Made by a program: the position numbers and the translations under genes | Source of the DNA: Dehalococcoidia bacterium | GTDB lineage: Bacteria; Chloroflexota; Dehalococcoidia; Bin125 | Length of the DNA stretch: 64,000 nt | Direction of reading: 5' to 3' | NCBI GenBank assembly: GCA_965221065.1 | Contig: OZ244861.1 | Coordinates: 2,062,984-2,126,983 of the forward strand | Part shown: piece after piece, positions 22,744 through 36,274 of the stretch | Layout of the letters: each line of letters opens with the position of its first letter | Numbering within the stretch: the stretch's first letter is position 1 | Notes under the pieces: model-generated | Database searches by the model: none | What the model saw: only the letters and a program-made list of their open reading frames with translations | What the model was told of the DNA's origin: nothing

Positions 22744-22749
22744 CGGCGC

Positions 22750-22938
22750 ATGTCTCAGCTCAAGATCACCTACAGCAAATCGGCCATCGGTTATCGCTCC
22801 GACCAGGGCCACACCATCCGCTCGCTCGGCCTGCGCAAGCTGGGCCAGAGCACGGTCAAGGAAGACACACCGGACGTGCGCGGGATGATCAACAAGGTGT
22901 CCCACCTCGTCACCGTCACTGAAATCGAGGACGCCTAA
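22750..22938 (+). CDS. rpmD: 50S ribosomal protein L30
   Basis: MSQLKITYSKSAIGY...IRSLGLRKLGQS canonical. Confidence 0.85.
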   Translation: MSQLKITYSKSAIGYRSDQGHTIRSLGLRKLGQSTVKEDTPDVRGMINKVSHLVTVTEIEDA

Positions 22939-23429
22939 TGGTCCTGCGCTTGAACGATCTGAGCCCGCCTCCCGGCTCACGCAAACGGCGAAAGCGCGTC
23001 GGCCGGGGTAACGCTTCGGGCAAAGGCACCTACTCCGGACGCGGGCTCAAGGGCCAACTCTCACGTTCCGGCCGCGACTACAACTCCGTCTTCGAGGGCG
23101 GCGCGATGTCGATCATGCGCACGCTGCCCAGGCGAAAGGGCTTCAAAGCCCCGTTCCGCGTCGAAGCGCAGCCGATCAATGTGGTCGATCTGGAACGCCG
23201 ATTCGCAGACGGTGATACGGTCGATGCAGACGCGCTCGTAGCTGCGGGTCTGCTGCGGCGTGCGACCCAGCGGTTTAAGGTGCTGGCCGGCGGCGAACTC
23301 GCCAGCGCACTGCATCTGCGCGTCGAGCGAATCTCTCCGGCCGCCGAAGCGAAGATCGTTGCCGCGGGCGGCAGCGTCGAGGTCATCAATGCAGAGAACG
23401 CAGACAGCAGCGGGGCCGACGAGGCCTAA
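22938..23429 (+). CDS. rplO: 50S ribosomal protein L15
   Basis: ...RKRVGRGNASGKGTYSGRGLKGQ... canonical; ATGA overlap with rpmD. Confidence 0.9.
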   Translation: MVLRLNDLSPPPGSRKRRKRVGRGNASGKGTYSGRGLKGQLSRSGRDYNSVFEGGAMSIMRTLPRRKGFKAPFRVEAQPINVVDLERRFADGDTVDADALVAAGLLRRATQRFKVLAGGELASALHLRVERISPAAEAKIVAAGGSVEVINAENADSSGADEA

Positions 23430-25137
23430 GCTGCTGCAGGCGTTGGTCGACGCCTGGCGACAGCCGGACGTCCGCCAAAAGCTCGCGTTTACGCTCTCCA
23501 TGCTGGTCATCTTCCGGCTGGTGGCGCACGTCCCCATTCCCGATATCAACAAGACTCAGCTCGAGAACGCGCTCGACAACAACCCCGTTCTCGGCTTCCT
23601 CAACCTCTTCTCCGGCGGCGGACTCGACAACCTCTCGATCGTCGCCCTCGGCGTCTATCCCTACATCACCGCCTCGATCGTGATGAACCTGATGCAGCCA
23701 ATGGTCCCCAAGCTGCAGGCGCTGGCGCAGGAGGGCGAGTCGGGCCGCAACAAGATTCAGCTCTACACCTACTGGCTGGCCGTGCCGATGGCGTTGGTCC
23801 AGGGCTACGGCCAGTTGCTCCTCCTGGAGAACGCTCGCGCCATCACCGGGATCGGCTTCGGCGCCGACGAGTGGCTCCCCACGATCTCGGCCCTGGCCAC
23901 CATGACCGCCGGCACCATGTTCCTGATCTGGCTCGGCGAGCTCATCACCGAGAAGGGCGTCGGCAACGGCATCTCGCTGATCATCTTCGCCGGCATCGTC
24001 GCCAGTTTCCCCACGCTGTTCAACTCCGTGCGCCTGTCCGACATTGGCTGGTCGGGCATCGCCGTCGTGATCGCGATTGCGATCGCCTTGGTCGCGCTGA
24101 TCGTGTTCTTCCAGGAGGCGCAGCGGAGGATTCCCGTTCAATACGCCCGATCGGTCTTCAGAGGCGGGAGGATGTACCGCCAGAGCGGTCAGTCCTACAT
24201 TCCCCTGCGGGTCAACTCCGCGGGCATGATCCCGCTGATCTTCGCCTTCTCGATCATCATCTTCCCCTCGGTGCTGGCCGGTTGGATCACCGGTGCCGCG
24301 GGCGAAGAGGCGCAGACCCAGGTGGCGGTCGAAGTCCCCTTCACGCGTGAGGATGTGGACGAGCCCCTGGCCACGCTGTTCCCCGACCTCGACACGTCCG
24401 GCGAGTTCGTCGTCAACGAGGGCATCATCGAGTGGAACCGCGAGGACGACACGTTCCAGGACGTGCTCGACCGGGTTAACTCCAACTCCGACTCCAACGT
24501 CCTGACCCAGGTCGAGACCACCGCTGACCCCATCTCCGGAGAAACCCTGTACGCCTGGCGCATCGATGCCAACGAAATATCCGAGGACCCGATCCGTCTG
24601 GCCGACCGAGCGGGCAATTTCATCGCCGTCTCCGAGATCAAGACGCACGAGGATCCCGTCGACAATCCGTTGACCCCCGATATCGCCGAAGGCCAAACCC
24701 TGGGCGAACGCCCCGGCTGGATCATTCGAGCGGCGGATTGGGTCCAGTTGAATCTGTCGCCCGGACGACCCGCGTATTGGGCGCTCTCGTTCGTGCTGGT
24801 CGTCGGGTTCACCTTCTTCTACACCTTCGTGACCTTCCAGCAGCAAAACCTGGCCGAGAACCTGCAGAAACAGGGTGGCTTCATCCCCGGCATTCGGCCC
24901 GGTCGACCGACCCAGGACTACATCAATCGGGTGCTCGCGAGGATCACCTGGGCGGGAGCGCTGTTCCTCGGCTTTGTCGCGGTGGTACCGTTCCTCGCCA
25001 CGGAGTTCATTCCCGACTCGACGGCGCTCACGATCTCCTCGACGGGCTTGCTGATCGTCGTCGGAGTCGCGCTCGACACGATGCGTCAGATTGAAGCACA
25101 GCTCTTGATGCGCAATTACGAAGGGTTCATCCGCTAG
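23389..25137 (+). CDS. secY: preprotein translocase subunit SecY carrying a ~145-aa hydrophilic insertion in the TM7-TM8 periplasmic loop
   Basis: Conserved SecY blocks (YITASIVMNLM, GNGISLIIFAGIV, RIPVQYAR, GGFIPGIRPGRPT). Start ATG 23389 (41-nt overlap with rplO) or TTG 23443. The insertion is about 24295-24729 between ...FPSVLAGWITG and AADWVQLNLSPGRPAYW... It is acidic with no TM segment and in frame with high GC3. Confidence 0.85.
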   Translation: MQRTQTAAGPTRPKLLQALVDAWRQPDVRQKLAFTLSMLVIFRLVAHVPIPDINKTQLENALDNNPVLGFLNLFSGGGLDNLSIVALGVYPYITASIVMNLMQPMVPKLQALAQEGESGRNKIQLYTYWLAVPMALVQGYGQLLLLENARAITGIGFGADEWLPTISALATMTAGTMFLIWLGELITEKGVGNGISLIIFAGIVASFPTLFNSVRLSDIGWSGIAVVIAIAIALVALIVFFQEAQRRIPVQYARSVFRGGRMYRQSGQSYIPLRVNSAGMIPLIFAFSIIIFPSVLAGWITGAAGEEAQTQVAVEVPFTREDVDEPLATLFPDLDTSGEFVVNEGIIEWNREDDTFQDVLDRVNSNSDSNVLTQVETTADPISGETLYAWRIDANEISEDPIRLADRAGNFIAVSEIKTHEDPVDNPLTPDIAEGQTLGERPGWIIRAADWVQLNLSPGRPAYWALSFVLVVGFTFFYTFVTFQQQNLAENLQKQGGFIPGIRPGRPTQDYINRVLARITWAGALFLGFVAVVPFLATEFIPDSTALTISSTGLLIVVGVALDTMRQIEAQLLMRNYEGFIR

Positions 25138-25139
25138 CC

Positions 25140-25814
25140 ATGTCAGACACCGATGGCCGGACCATGTACGTCATCCTGCTCGGCCCGCCGGGAGCCGGCA
25201 AGGGCACCCAGGCGGTACAGACTGCCGAACGCACCGGATTGCTCCATCTCTCCACCGGCGACATGTTCCGCGAGAACCTGCGCAACGGCACCGAGCTCGG
25301 CAACCTGGCCAAGACCTACATGGACAAGGGCGAACTGGTCCCCGACGACGTAACCATCCGCATGCTGCTGGAGCGCATCGGTCGCGATGACGCGAGGGTC
25401 GGTTGCCTGTTCGACGGATTCCCGCGCACCGTCGAGCAGGCCAGAGCGCTGGATCTCGCGCTGAAGGAACAGGGCAACGAGATCGCGGTGACGGTGCTGA
25501 TCGACGTGTCGAATCAAGAGATCACACGTCGGCTCGGCGGCCGCGTGAGCTGCGCCGCCTGCGGCAGCGTGTTCCACAAGATCTTCAATCCGGTTGATCT
25601 TGACGACCCTTGCTGCGACACCATCGACATGATCCAGCGTGACGACGACAAACCCGAGGCGGTCGCCAACCGCCTGCAGGTCTACGCCGACCAGACGGAA
25701 CCGCTGGTGGCGTACTACACCGAGGCAGGCAAACTGAAGACGGTGAACGGCGAACAGCCTCCCGACGCCGTAGGCGTCGATTTGCTATCAGTGCTGCAGA
25801 CAGCGACCAACTAG
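25140..25814 (+). CDS. adk: adenylate kinase (long-lid type with Cys cluster)
   Basis: GPPGAGKGTQA P-loop, ...FDGFPRTV..., Cys-rich lid CAACG...CCDT. Confidence 0.9.
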   Translation: MSDTDGRTMYVILLGPPGAGKGTQAVQTAERTGLLHLSTGDMFRENLRNGTELGNLAKTYMDKGELVPDDVTIRMLLERIGRDDARVGCLFDGFPRTVEQARALDLALKEQGNEIAVTVLIDVSNQEITRRLGGRVSCAACGSVFHKIFNPVDLDDPCCDTIDMIQRDDDKPEAVANRLQVYADQTEPLVAYYTEAGKLKTVNGEQPPDAVGVDLLSVLQTATN

Positions 25815-25828
25815 AGTCGGACTACGAG

Positions 25829-26602
25829 ATGTCGACCACACGACAACCGCGCCAGGTGATTCTCAAGACCGCGGCCGAAATTGAACAAATGCGACCGGCC
25901 GGTCAGATGGTCGGAGAGACGCTGGACGAACTGCGGGAGATGGTCAAGCCGGGCCGTAAGCTGTCGGAGCTCGACCAGTACGTGATCGATAAATTCAAGC
26001 GCCTCAACGTGATTCCCACGTTCCTTGGCTACCAGGGCTTCCCGCACACGATCTGCGCGTCGGTCAACGAGGAGATCGTGCACGGATTCGCGACCGAGCG
26101 TCAGTTGGAAGATGGGGACATTCTCTCGATCGACCTGGGCGCGACCATCGATGGCTGGGTCGGCGATTCGGCGAGGACGTTTGCCGTCGGCAGCATCTCA
26201 GAGGAGGCGCAACGGCTGCTGGATGTCACCCGCGAGTCACTCATGGCGGGAATATCGGTCGCGCGCATCGGCGTCCGCAAGGGTGATATCGGCGCAGCGA
26301 TCCAGGAAGTGATAGAATCAGCGGGTTACGGAGTCGTCCGCGGCTACGTCGGGCATGGCGTGGGACGTGACATGCACGAACCACCGAGTATGCCCAACTA
26401 CGGTCGTCCCGGTTCCGGCATGACCATGCGTCGCGGAATGGTCGTCGCGCTCGAGCCCATGGCGACAGTCGGCGATCCGGCCACCGCCGTGTTGGACGAC
26501 GGCTGGACCGTCGTCACAGCCGATGGCAGCCTGTCGGCGCACTTCGAGCACACCGTCGCACTCCGAGAAGACGGACCGGCGGAAATCTTGACGCAGGCCT
26601 GA
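25829..26602 (+). CDS. map: methionine aminopeptidase type I
   Basis: Conserved metal-ligand context (D...D...H...E...E) and pita-bread fold blocks; spc/alpha operon position. Confidence 0.9.
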   Translation: MSTTRQPRQVILKTAAEIEQMRPAGQMVGETLDELREMVKPGRKLSELDQYVIDKFKRLNVIPTFLGYQGFPHTICASVNEEIVHGFATERQLEDGDILSIDLGATIDGWVGDSARTFAVGSISEEAQRLLDVTRESLMAGISVARIGVRKGDIGAAIQEVIESAGYGVVRGYVGHGVGRDMHEPPSMPNYGRPGSGMTMRRGMVVALEPMATVGDPATAVLDDGWTVVTADGSLSAHFEHTVALREDGPAEILTQA

Positions 26603-26639
26603 GACGGCACACGACGAGAGCGCAGACTACGGGGGTTCG

Positions 26640-26924
26640 GTGGCGAGAAATCGAAACAGCGGCGGTGGGCGGCGAGACCGGCGGACGCCGGCCCCCTCGC
26701 CTCCTCCCAAGCAGGACAAAATCGAAGTCGAGGGCGTGGTCAAGGAACTGCTGCCCAATGCCACCTTCAGGGTCGAGTTGCCCAACGGCCACGAGGTCCT
26801 CGCTCACCTGGCGGGCAAGATGCGGCAGCATCACATCCGCGTGCTCCGCGGCGACCGCGTGCTGGTCGAGTTGTCCGAGTACGACCTGACCCGCGGCCGC
26901 GTCGTCTATCGATTCAAGAGTTGA
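26640..26924 (+). CDS. infA: translation initiation factor IF-1 (with ~22-aa basic/Pro-rich N-terminal extension)
   Basis: ...[64 protein letters not shown] canonical S1-like IF-1; GTG start. Confidence 0.85.
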   Translation: MARNRNSGGGRRDRRTPAPSPPPKQDKIEVEGVVKELLPNATFRVELPNGHEVLAHLAGKMRQHHIRVLRGDRVLVELSEYDLTRGRVVYRFKS

Positions 26925-26993
26925 CGCGGACGGCAAACCGCAGAGATCGCACCTCCGGTCCGCTACCCGACCTGAGGCGAGAGGAACCGACGG

Positions 26994-27374
26994 ATGGCAA
27001 GAATCTCCGGTGTTGATGTTCCCGACAACAAGAAGGCTCCGTACGCGCTTCGATACATCTACGGGATCGGCGCCACACGCGCCCAGGAGATCATCGACAA
27101 AGCCAACATCGACCCCGAACAGCGCATCCGTGACCTCTCCGACACCGAGCTGTCGCGCATCCGCGAGGTCGTCGATCGCGACTACCTCGTCGAAGGTGAC
27201 CTGCGTCGAGTCGTGCGCGGCAACATCCAACGTCTGATCGACATCAACTGCTACCGCGGCCAGCGCCATCGACGCAACCTGCCGATGCACGGCCAGCGCA
27301 CTCGCACCAACGCCCGCACCAGGCGCGGCGCCAAGAAGACCGTCGCCGGTCGCCGACGAGCTGTCAAGCGTTAG
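26994..27374 (+). CDS. rpsM: 30S ribosomal protein S13
   Basis: [26 protein letters not shown] canonical. Confidence 0.9.
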   Translation: MARISGVDVPDNKKAPYALRYIYGIGATRAQEIIDKANIDPEQRIRDLSDTELSRIREVVDRDYLVEGDLRRVVRGNIQRLIDINCYRGQRHRRNLPMHGQRTRTNARTRRGAKKTVAGRRRAVKR

Positions 27375-27421
27375 CTCAACCGTGAAGATCACATTCGAGG
27401 GTCAGTACAGAGGGGAACGGG

Positions 27422-27823
27422 ATGGCCAGTAGTCAACGACGAGAACGAGCCCGACGCCGCCGCGAGCGCAAGAACGTGCCTCACGGTCGCGCCTACATCC
27501 AGTCGACCTACAACAACACGATCATCACTATGACCGACCTGGCCGGCAATCCGGTCGCCTGGGCCTCGGCAGGCAGTACCGCGGCGACCCGCGGTTCCCG
27601 CAAGGGCACGCCGTTCGCGGCCCAGCTCGCCGCCGAAGATGCCGCGCAAAAGGCGATGAGCCACGGCATGCGACAGGTCGATGTCTACGTCAAGGGCCCG
27701 GGCCAGGGCCGCGAGTCGGCCGTGCGTGCGTTGCAGGCCCAGGGTCTCACCCTGCTCTCCATCCGCGACGTCACTCCCATTCCTCACAACGGCTGCCGGC
27801 CGCGCAAGCGACGCCGCGTCTAG
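27422..27823 (+). CDS. rpsK: 30S ribosomal protein S11
   Basis: ...[31 protein letters not shown]... canonical. Confidence 0.9.
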   Translation: MASSQRRERARRRRERKNVPHGRAYIQSTYNNTIITMTDLAGNPVAWASAGSTAATRGSRKGTPFAAQLAAEDAAQKAMSHGMRQVDVYVKGPGQGRESAVRALQAQGLTLLSIRDVTPIPHNGCRPRKRRRV

Positions 27824-27874
27824 GACCTTCATCACCACCCCTCGCGCTCCCGCGACCGACAGAGAGAACCGCCA

Positions 27875-28501
27875 ATGGCTCGATACACCGGACCCGTTTG
27901 CCGCATCTGCCGTCGTGCCGGCGAGAAGCTGATGCTCAAGGGCGAACGTTGCGTAGGCCCCAAGTGCGCCATCGAACGCCGCAACCAACCGCCCGGTCAG
28001 CGCTCCCCGCGCCGCCGCAAGATCTCCGACTACGGCGAGCAGGTCAAAGAGAAGCAGAAGGTGCGCAAGACCTACGGCGTGCTCGAGCGCCAGTTCCGCC
28101 GCATGTTCGCCGAGGCCAACCGCCGCCCCGGCGCAACCGGCGAGAACCTGCTGCAGATGCTCGAGCTGCGTTTCGACAATGTCGTCTACCGCCTTGGCAT
28201 CGCCGAGTCGCGTGCCCAGGCCCGCCAGCTCGTGCGTCACGGTCACATCACCTTGAACGGCAAGAAAGCCGATATCCCCTCGATCGAGATGCGCATCGGC
28301 GACACCATTGGCTGGACCGACCGCGGCCGCAAGACCAGGTTTTACGAAAACGCACGCACCTGGCAGGGTTCACGCGAAGTGCCCGGCTGGCTGCGGATCG
28401 ATCCGATTCAACTGGAAGGTGAACTCACTGCCGTACCCGCCCGTGAAGACCTAGACATGCGAGTCGACGAGAACGCCATCGTCGAGTACTACTCGCGATA
28501 A
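27875..28501 (+). CDS. rpsD: 30S ribosomal protein S4 (zinc-ribbon type)
   Basis: MARYTGPVCRICRR...C..KC Cys4 ribbon, S4 RNA-binding domain. Confidence 0.9.
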   Translation: MARYTGPVCRICRRAGEKLMLKGERCVGPKCAIERRNQPPGQRSPRRRKISDYGEQVKEKQKVRKTYGVLERQFRRMFAEANRRPGATGENLLQMLELRFDNVVYRLGIAESRAQARQLVRHGHITLNGKKADIPSIEMRIGDTIGWTDRGRKTRFYENARTWQGSREVPGWLRIDPIQLEGELTAVPAREDLDMRVDENAIVEYYSR

Positions 28502-28548
28502 GTCCGGCGAGCCACACCCCCCACAGTCCCAGGGAGGGACGCGACAAC

Positions 28549-29724
28549 GTGATCCTGGCTACCGAAACTCCCAAACTCTCGATCGAGGAAGAACGCGACG
28601 ACTACGTCCGCCTCGCGGTCGAGCCGCTCACGCGTGGGTTCGCGCACACCGAGGGCAATGCCCTCCGACGCGTGTTGCTCAGCGGGATCCGCGGCGCGGC
28701 GATCACCGCCGTGCGGATCGACCAGGTCCAGCACGAGTTCTCGACGATTCCCGAAATGAAAGAGGACACGACCGAGTTCCTGCTCAACCTGCGCGAGATC
28801 CGTATTCATGCGATCGCCGATCGACCCGCCGAGATGCACCTCAACGTGAACGGCTCCGGCCAGATCACGGCCGGCGACATCCAGGTCCCGGGCGACTACA
28901 AGATCGTCAATCCCGAACTCTATCTCGCGACACTGGACGGTGACACAGGCAAGCTCGACGTCGTCATGGACGTCGAGACCGGGTTCGGCTTCCGACCCTC
29001 CGAACAGAACAAGAACGGCGAGCACCTCCTCGGTGTGATTCCGCTCGATGCGGTCTTCACCCCGGTGCGCAAGGTGTCCTACGAGGTCTTGCCCGCCTCC
29101 GGCGGTCGAGGCAGTGACTACGAGCAGCTCCTGATCGAGGTCTGGACCGACGGCACCATTTCTGGTGTCGATGCAGTCCAGGCCGCCGCCCGCTCGTTAC
29201 GAACCGAGCTTGAACTGTTCGAGACGATGGGCCAACCCATCGCCGCACGGCAACTCCCGGCCCACGCCCGAGTCGGAGTGACCGCCGAACAGTACGACAT
29301 GCCGATCGAAGAACTGCAGCTTTCCGTTCGAGCGCACAACTGCCTCAAGCGCAGCGGATTGATGCTCGTCGGTCAGATTCTCGAGAAGAGCGACGACGAA
29401 CTGCTCACCTTGCGCAACTTCGGCGAAAAGTCGTACATCGAGCTGATCGACAAGCTGCTTGAGTTGAACCTGATCGACGACGATGACCCCCGCGTTCGCC
29501 GCGCCCGGGACGGCGTCTTCGCTCCCGCCAGCGAAGAGGTCCTCACGACCTTACCGCCCGCGCCCGAGGAAGCCGCGCCCGTGCCCTCATTGAGCTCGGC
29601 GCCGGCCGGAGACGCCGAAGCAGTCGGCGGCGGCGACGAGGATCCCGAGATCACCGGGTCGCTTGGAGCCGCCTTGCTCGAGGCCTTGCGCGAAGCCGGC
29701 AGCGGTGTCGAAGAGGAACGTTAG
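28549..29724 (+). CDS. rpoA: DNA-directed RNA polymerase alpha subunit (with ~60-aa acidic/Pro-rich C-terminal extension)
   Basis: N-terminal dimerisation domain and alpha-CTD (...[46 protein letters not shown]...); GTG start. Confidence 0.9.
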   Translation: MILATETPKLSIEEERDDYVRLAVEPLTRGFAHTEGNALRRVLLSGIRGAAITAVRIDQVQHEFSTIPEMKEDTTEFLLNLREIRIHAIADRPAEMHLNVNGSGQITAGDIQVPGDYKIVNPELYLATLDGDTGKLDVVMDVETGFGFRPSEQNKNGEHLLGVIPLDAVFTPVRKVSYEVLPASGGRGSDYEQLLIEVWTDGTISGVDAVQAAARSLRTELELFETMGQPIAARQLPAHARVGVTAEQYDMPIEELQLSVRAHNCLKRSGLMLVGQILEKSDDELLTLRNFGEKSYIELIDKLLELNLIDDDDPRVRRARDGVFAPASEEVLTTLPPAPEEAAPVPSLSSAPAGDAEAVGGGDEDPEITGSLGAALLEALREAGSGVEEER

Positions 29725-29771
29725 AAGCCAGCGGCCCGGCCGATAGCCGGGACTATTCGGAGGAGTGGACG

Positions 29772-30176
29772 ATGCGGCATCGAAAGAGCGGGCGCGGACT
29801 CAGCCGCAGCCGATCCCATCGTGCAGCCCTGGTTCGCAACCAGGTCACTGACTTGCTTCGTCACGAAGCGATCGTGACGACCGAAGCCAAAGCCAAGACG
29901 ATCCGCCCGGTCGCCGAGCGCATGATCACGTTGGGTAAGCGCGGCGATCTGCACGCCCGCCGGCAGGCTGGTGCGGTCCTCACAGACCGCAAGGTGCTGC
30001 GCACGCTCTTCGACGACATCGCCCCGCGCTTCTCCGAGCGCAACGGCGGATACACGCGCATCATCAAGCTCGGTCCGCGTCGCGGCGACGGCGCGCTGAT
30101 GGCGCACATCGAACTCGTCGAGCGGGCCGCTCCCGAGGTCGCTGAGGAAGCCGACGACGAGGCAGCGGAAGAATAG
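29772..30176 (+). CDS. rplQ: 50S ribosomal protein L17 (acidic C-terminal tail)
   Basis: [24 protein letters not shown]... canonical. Confidence 0.9.
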   Translation: MRHRKSGRGLSRSRSHRAALVRNQVTDLLRHEAIVTTEAKAKTIRPVAERMITLGKRGDLHARRQAGAVLTDRKVLRTLFDDIAPRFSERNGGYTRIIKLGPRRGDGALMAHIELVERAAPEVAEEADDEAAEE

Positions 30177-30205
30177 TCGCGGAAGCATGAGGGCGGACCA
30201 GGGCA

Positions 30206-31021
30206 ATGAGCCAGCGTTGGGCGCTCTTACTGCAATACGACGGCACGGAGTTCGCAGGGTCGCAATGGCAGCCGAACCAACCAACAGTCCAGGGTGCCCT
30301 GCAATCGGCGCTCGCCGAGCTCACCGGGACGACATCGCCAGTCACGTTCGCGGGCCGAACCGACGCCGGCGTCCACGCGCTGGGTCAGACCGCCTCCTTC
30401 GTCAGCGAGAAATCACCCGAGCAGATGCCGGCGCACCGCTGGGTGCGCGGCCTCAATCACTTCCTGCCGTCGAGCGTCGCGGTGCAAGCCGCAGAGCCGG
30501 TAGCGGACGACTTCGATCCGCGACGCGACGCGCGTTCGCGCGCATACCTCTACCGGATTCGCTTGGCGAATCAGCGTCAACCGCTGTGGCGGGCCACGGC
30601 CTGGATCGTCCCGCCTCCGTTCTGTCTCGAGACCGCGCAACGTGCGCTGCGGGAATTGGTCGGCAACCGCGATTTCGCGCCGTTCACTCCGCCGACCGAG
30701 GATCGTGCGACCCTGCGCACCCTGCGCGAAGCAACACTCCTGGCCGACGGCGACACGCTGGTCTTCCGCTTTCGCGCCGACTCCTTCCTGCATCACCAGG
30801 TGCGGCGCATGGTCGGCGCGGTCGTCGAGCTGGCGACCCACGGCCGCAGCCTCGACGAATTCCGACGATCGCTCGATCACGCGCTGCCGGGCTCGATGGG
30901 GCCGACCGCTCCCGCCTGCGGGCTGACCTTGTCCGAGGTCGAATACCTGCCCCCGCTGTTCGATCAACCTGTTCAATCAACCAACCAACCATCCTGCCAT
31001 CGGGATCGTGAGGGAGTGTGA
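30206..31021 (+). CDS. truA: tRNA pseudouridine(38-40) synthase
   Basis: ...YDGTEFAGSQ.Q..QPTVQ......GRTDAGVHALGQ... catalytic Asp motif. Confidence 0.85.
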   Translation: MSQRWALLLQYDGTEFAGSQWQPNQPTVQGALQSALAELTGTTSPVTFAGRTDAGVHALGQTASFVSEKSPEQMPAHRWVRGLNHFLPSSVAVQAAEPVADDFDPRRDARSRAYLYRIRLANQRQPLWRATAWIVPPPFCLETAQRALRELVGNRDFAPFTPPTEDRATLRTLREATLLADGDTLVFRFRADSFLHHQVRRMVGAVVELATHGRSLDEFRRSLDHALPGSMGPTAPACGLTLSEVEYLPPLFDQPVQSTNQPSCHRDREGV

Positions 31022-31024
31022 AGC

Positions 31025-31462
31025 ATGTCGACAACCGTTCTCGGAGCGCATCAGGTCCCCAAGGAGTGGCACGTGATCGACGCCGCCGACCGCCCGCTGG
31101 GACGCGTGGCGACCGAAATCGCGACGCTGCTGCGCGGCAAGCACAAGCCGGCGTTCCATCCGTCGCAAGACGTCGGCGATTACGTGGTCGTTGTCAATGC
31201 GAGCAAGGTCGCCGTCACCGGACGCAAGCTTGAGCAGAAGATCTACTACCGGCACTCGGGATACTTGGGCGGGCTCAAGGAGACCTCGCTCAAGGCGATG
31301 CTGGCCAAGCGACCCGAGCGCGTGATCGAGCACGCAGTCCGCGGAATGTTGCCCAAGAACCGGCTCGGACGCACGCAGTACCGACACCTCCGCGTCTACG
31401 CCGGTCCTGATCATCCGCACGCGGGCCAGCTGGCGGCAGTCGCCGCTGAGGGAGCGGAGTAA
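31025..31462 (+). CDS. rplM: 50S ribosomal protein L13
   Basis: ...[28 protein letters not shown] canonical. Confidence 0.9.
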   Translation: MSTTVLGAHQVPKEWHVIDAADRPLGRVATEIATLLRGKHKPAFHPSQDVGDYVVVVNASKVAVTGRKLEQKIYYRHSGYLGGLKETSLKAMLAKRPERVIEHAVRGMLPKNRLGRTQYRHLRVYAGPDHPHAGQLAAVAAEGAE

Positions 31463-31465
31463 CCG

Positions 31466-31867
31466 ATGACCACCACAGCAGGCCACTACTACTACGGACT
31501 CGGCCGCCGCAAGACATCGATTGCGCGGGTCAGGCTCTACCCCGGCAACGGACAGATCACGATCAACGGCAAGAACGCCGATGAACTGTTCACTCGCCCC
31601 GAGCAGCGCCGCCTCATCGAGGAGCCGCTGCGACACACCGGTATGCAAAACAGCTTCTCTGCGGTGGTCCGCTGCACCGGTGGCGGCATCAATGGTTGGG
31701 CTGGTGCGATCCGACTCGGCATCGCCCGCGCCCTGCTGGCCAGCGATGAGTCGTTGCGTCGACCGCTGCGCCAGGCCGGCATGCTGACCCGAGATCCGCG
31801 AGCCAAGGAACGCAAGAAGCCCGGTCTCAAGCGAGCTCGCAAGGCGCCCCAGTACACGAAGCGCTAA
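31466..31867 (+). CDS. rpsI: 30S ribosomal protein S9
   Basis: ...GRRKTSIARVRL.PG.G.ITINGK... and C-terminal ...KKPGLKRARKAPQYTKR. Confidence 0.9.
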   Translation: MTTTAGHYYYGLGRRKTSIARVRLYPGNGQITINGKNADELFTRPEQRRLIEEPLRHTGMQNSFSAVVRCTGGGINGWAGAIRLGIARALLASDESLRRPLRQAGMLTRDPRAKERKKPGLKRARKAPQYTKR

Positions 31868-31891
31868 GTCCCGAACCCTTGCCGATACGGT

Positions 31892-31910
31892 CCCCCGACT
31901 CGATCGGGGG
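31892..31910. terminator. candidate bidirectional intrinsic terminator hairpin between convergent rpsI (+) and metK (-)
   Basis: CCCCCGA-ctcga-TCGGGGG inverted repeat in the 70-nt convergent spacer; flanking T content modest. Confidence 0.4.
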
Positions 31911-31937
31911 CTCGTTCGACCTTCCCGGCCGGCAGCG

Positions 31938-35325
<3,388 letters not shown>

Positions 35326-35335
35326 GGCGGCAACG

Positions 35336-36274
35336 TTAACGGCTCTGCGGGAGCCGCGTCGACAGCCCCCGTTCATCGATTGTTATCTGGGGGACTCGTT
35401 CCCGAATCAGATCGGGCGTCGATCGCAGGATGCCGTTGATGCCGAAGGCCTCAATCGCGAACGATGCGCAGGCGCAGCCCCAGACCGCAGCCTCAATCAG
35501 GTCATGCCCGCGAGCCAGCGCGCTCAGCAGCGCGCCCGCGAATGTGTCCCCGGCGCCGGTCGGATCGGTGGCCCGGACGTTCGGCGCCGCGCCGATCGTC
35601 GTACGGCGGCCTCGCTCGAAGATCTCGACGCCCCGTGACGCCTTCTTGAGAATGAAGATCGACGGTCCCAACGCCTGGATCTCCCGCCAGGCAGCCGGCG
35701 CCAGTTCGGGGTCATCCTGATCACCGTTCCACTCGATCAGGTGCGCCGCCTCGAGCGTGTTGATCGAGACCAGGTCGGCCGCCCGGACCTGCTCGCGAAA
35801 CTCATCACGGCGCTCGGCCACCTCGCGCTCGATCGTGTCGATGGCCACCAGTTCCGGTGCCGCCATCTGCTCGATCGCGCGCCGGTTCTGCTCCGGGTTG
35901 CCGGCCGTCAGCAAGACAAAGCGGGCCTCCCGAATCGGCTCGGCCACGACGATCGGATGGGTGTCGTACACGCCCGCGCGCGTGTACAACGTCTCGCGGA
36001 AATCGCCGTCGGGCGAGTAGCGGCAACCCCAGCGAAAGTTGGGTCCCTTCGCGTGGACCACCCCGTCGAGCCGAACCCCCCGCTCAATCAGCGGCTCCAG
36101 GAGCGCCACGTCAAAGTCGTCACCGATTACGGAGATCGGAGCAACCTCGGCCAACAACGACGCCGCCAGACTCGCGTAGACGGCCGAGCCGCCGAGCAAC
36201 TGGTCGATGTCCCCCGCCTGGCTGTGAATCTCATCCAGCGCGATCGCCCCCACAACAGCCAGGTCGACGCTCAC
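35336..36274 (-). CDS. PfkB-family carbohydrate/nucleoside kinase (adenosine kinase-like from context)
   Basis: DPTGAGDTFAGALL PfkB signature 2 and N-terminal GG motif; lies between mtnP and ahcY. Confidence 0.7.
   Translation of the reverse strand: MSVDLAVVGAIALDEIHSQAGDIDQLLGGSAVYASLAASLLAEVAPISVIGDDFDVALLEPLIERGVRLDGVVHAKGPNFRWGCRYSPDGDFRETLYTRAGVYDTHPIVVAEPIREARFVLLTAGNPEQNRRAIEQMAAPELVAIDTIEREVAERRDEFREQVRAADLVSINTLEAAHLIEWNGDQDDPELAPAAWREIQALGPSIFILKKASRGVEIFERGRRTTIGAAPNVRATDPTGAGDTFAGALLSALARGHDLIEAAVWGCACASFAIEAFGINGILRSTPDLIRERVPQITIDERGLSTRLPQSR

Noticed and set aside
24295-24729. SecY insertion as an intein or an assembly/frameshift artefact
   Set aside because: There are no intein splice-junction residues (no C/S/T at the N-junction and no HN+C/S/T at the C-junction). 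The frame is continuous with strong GC3 bias and the flanking SecY blocks are in the same frame. Kept as a finding rather than dismissed.
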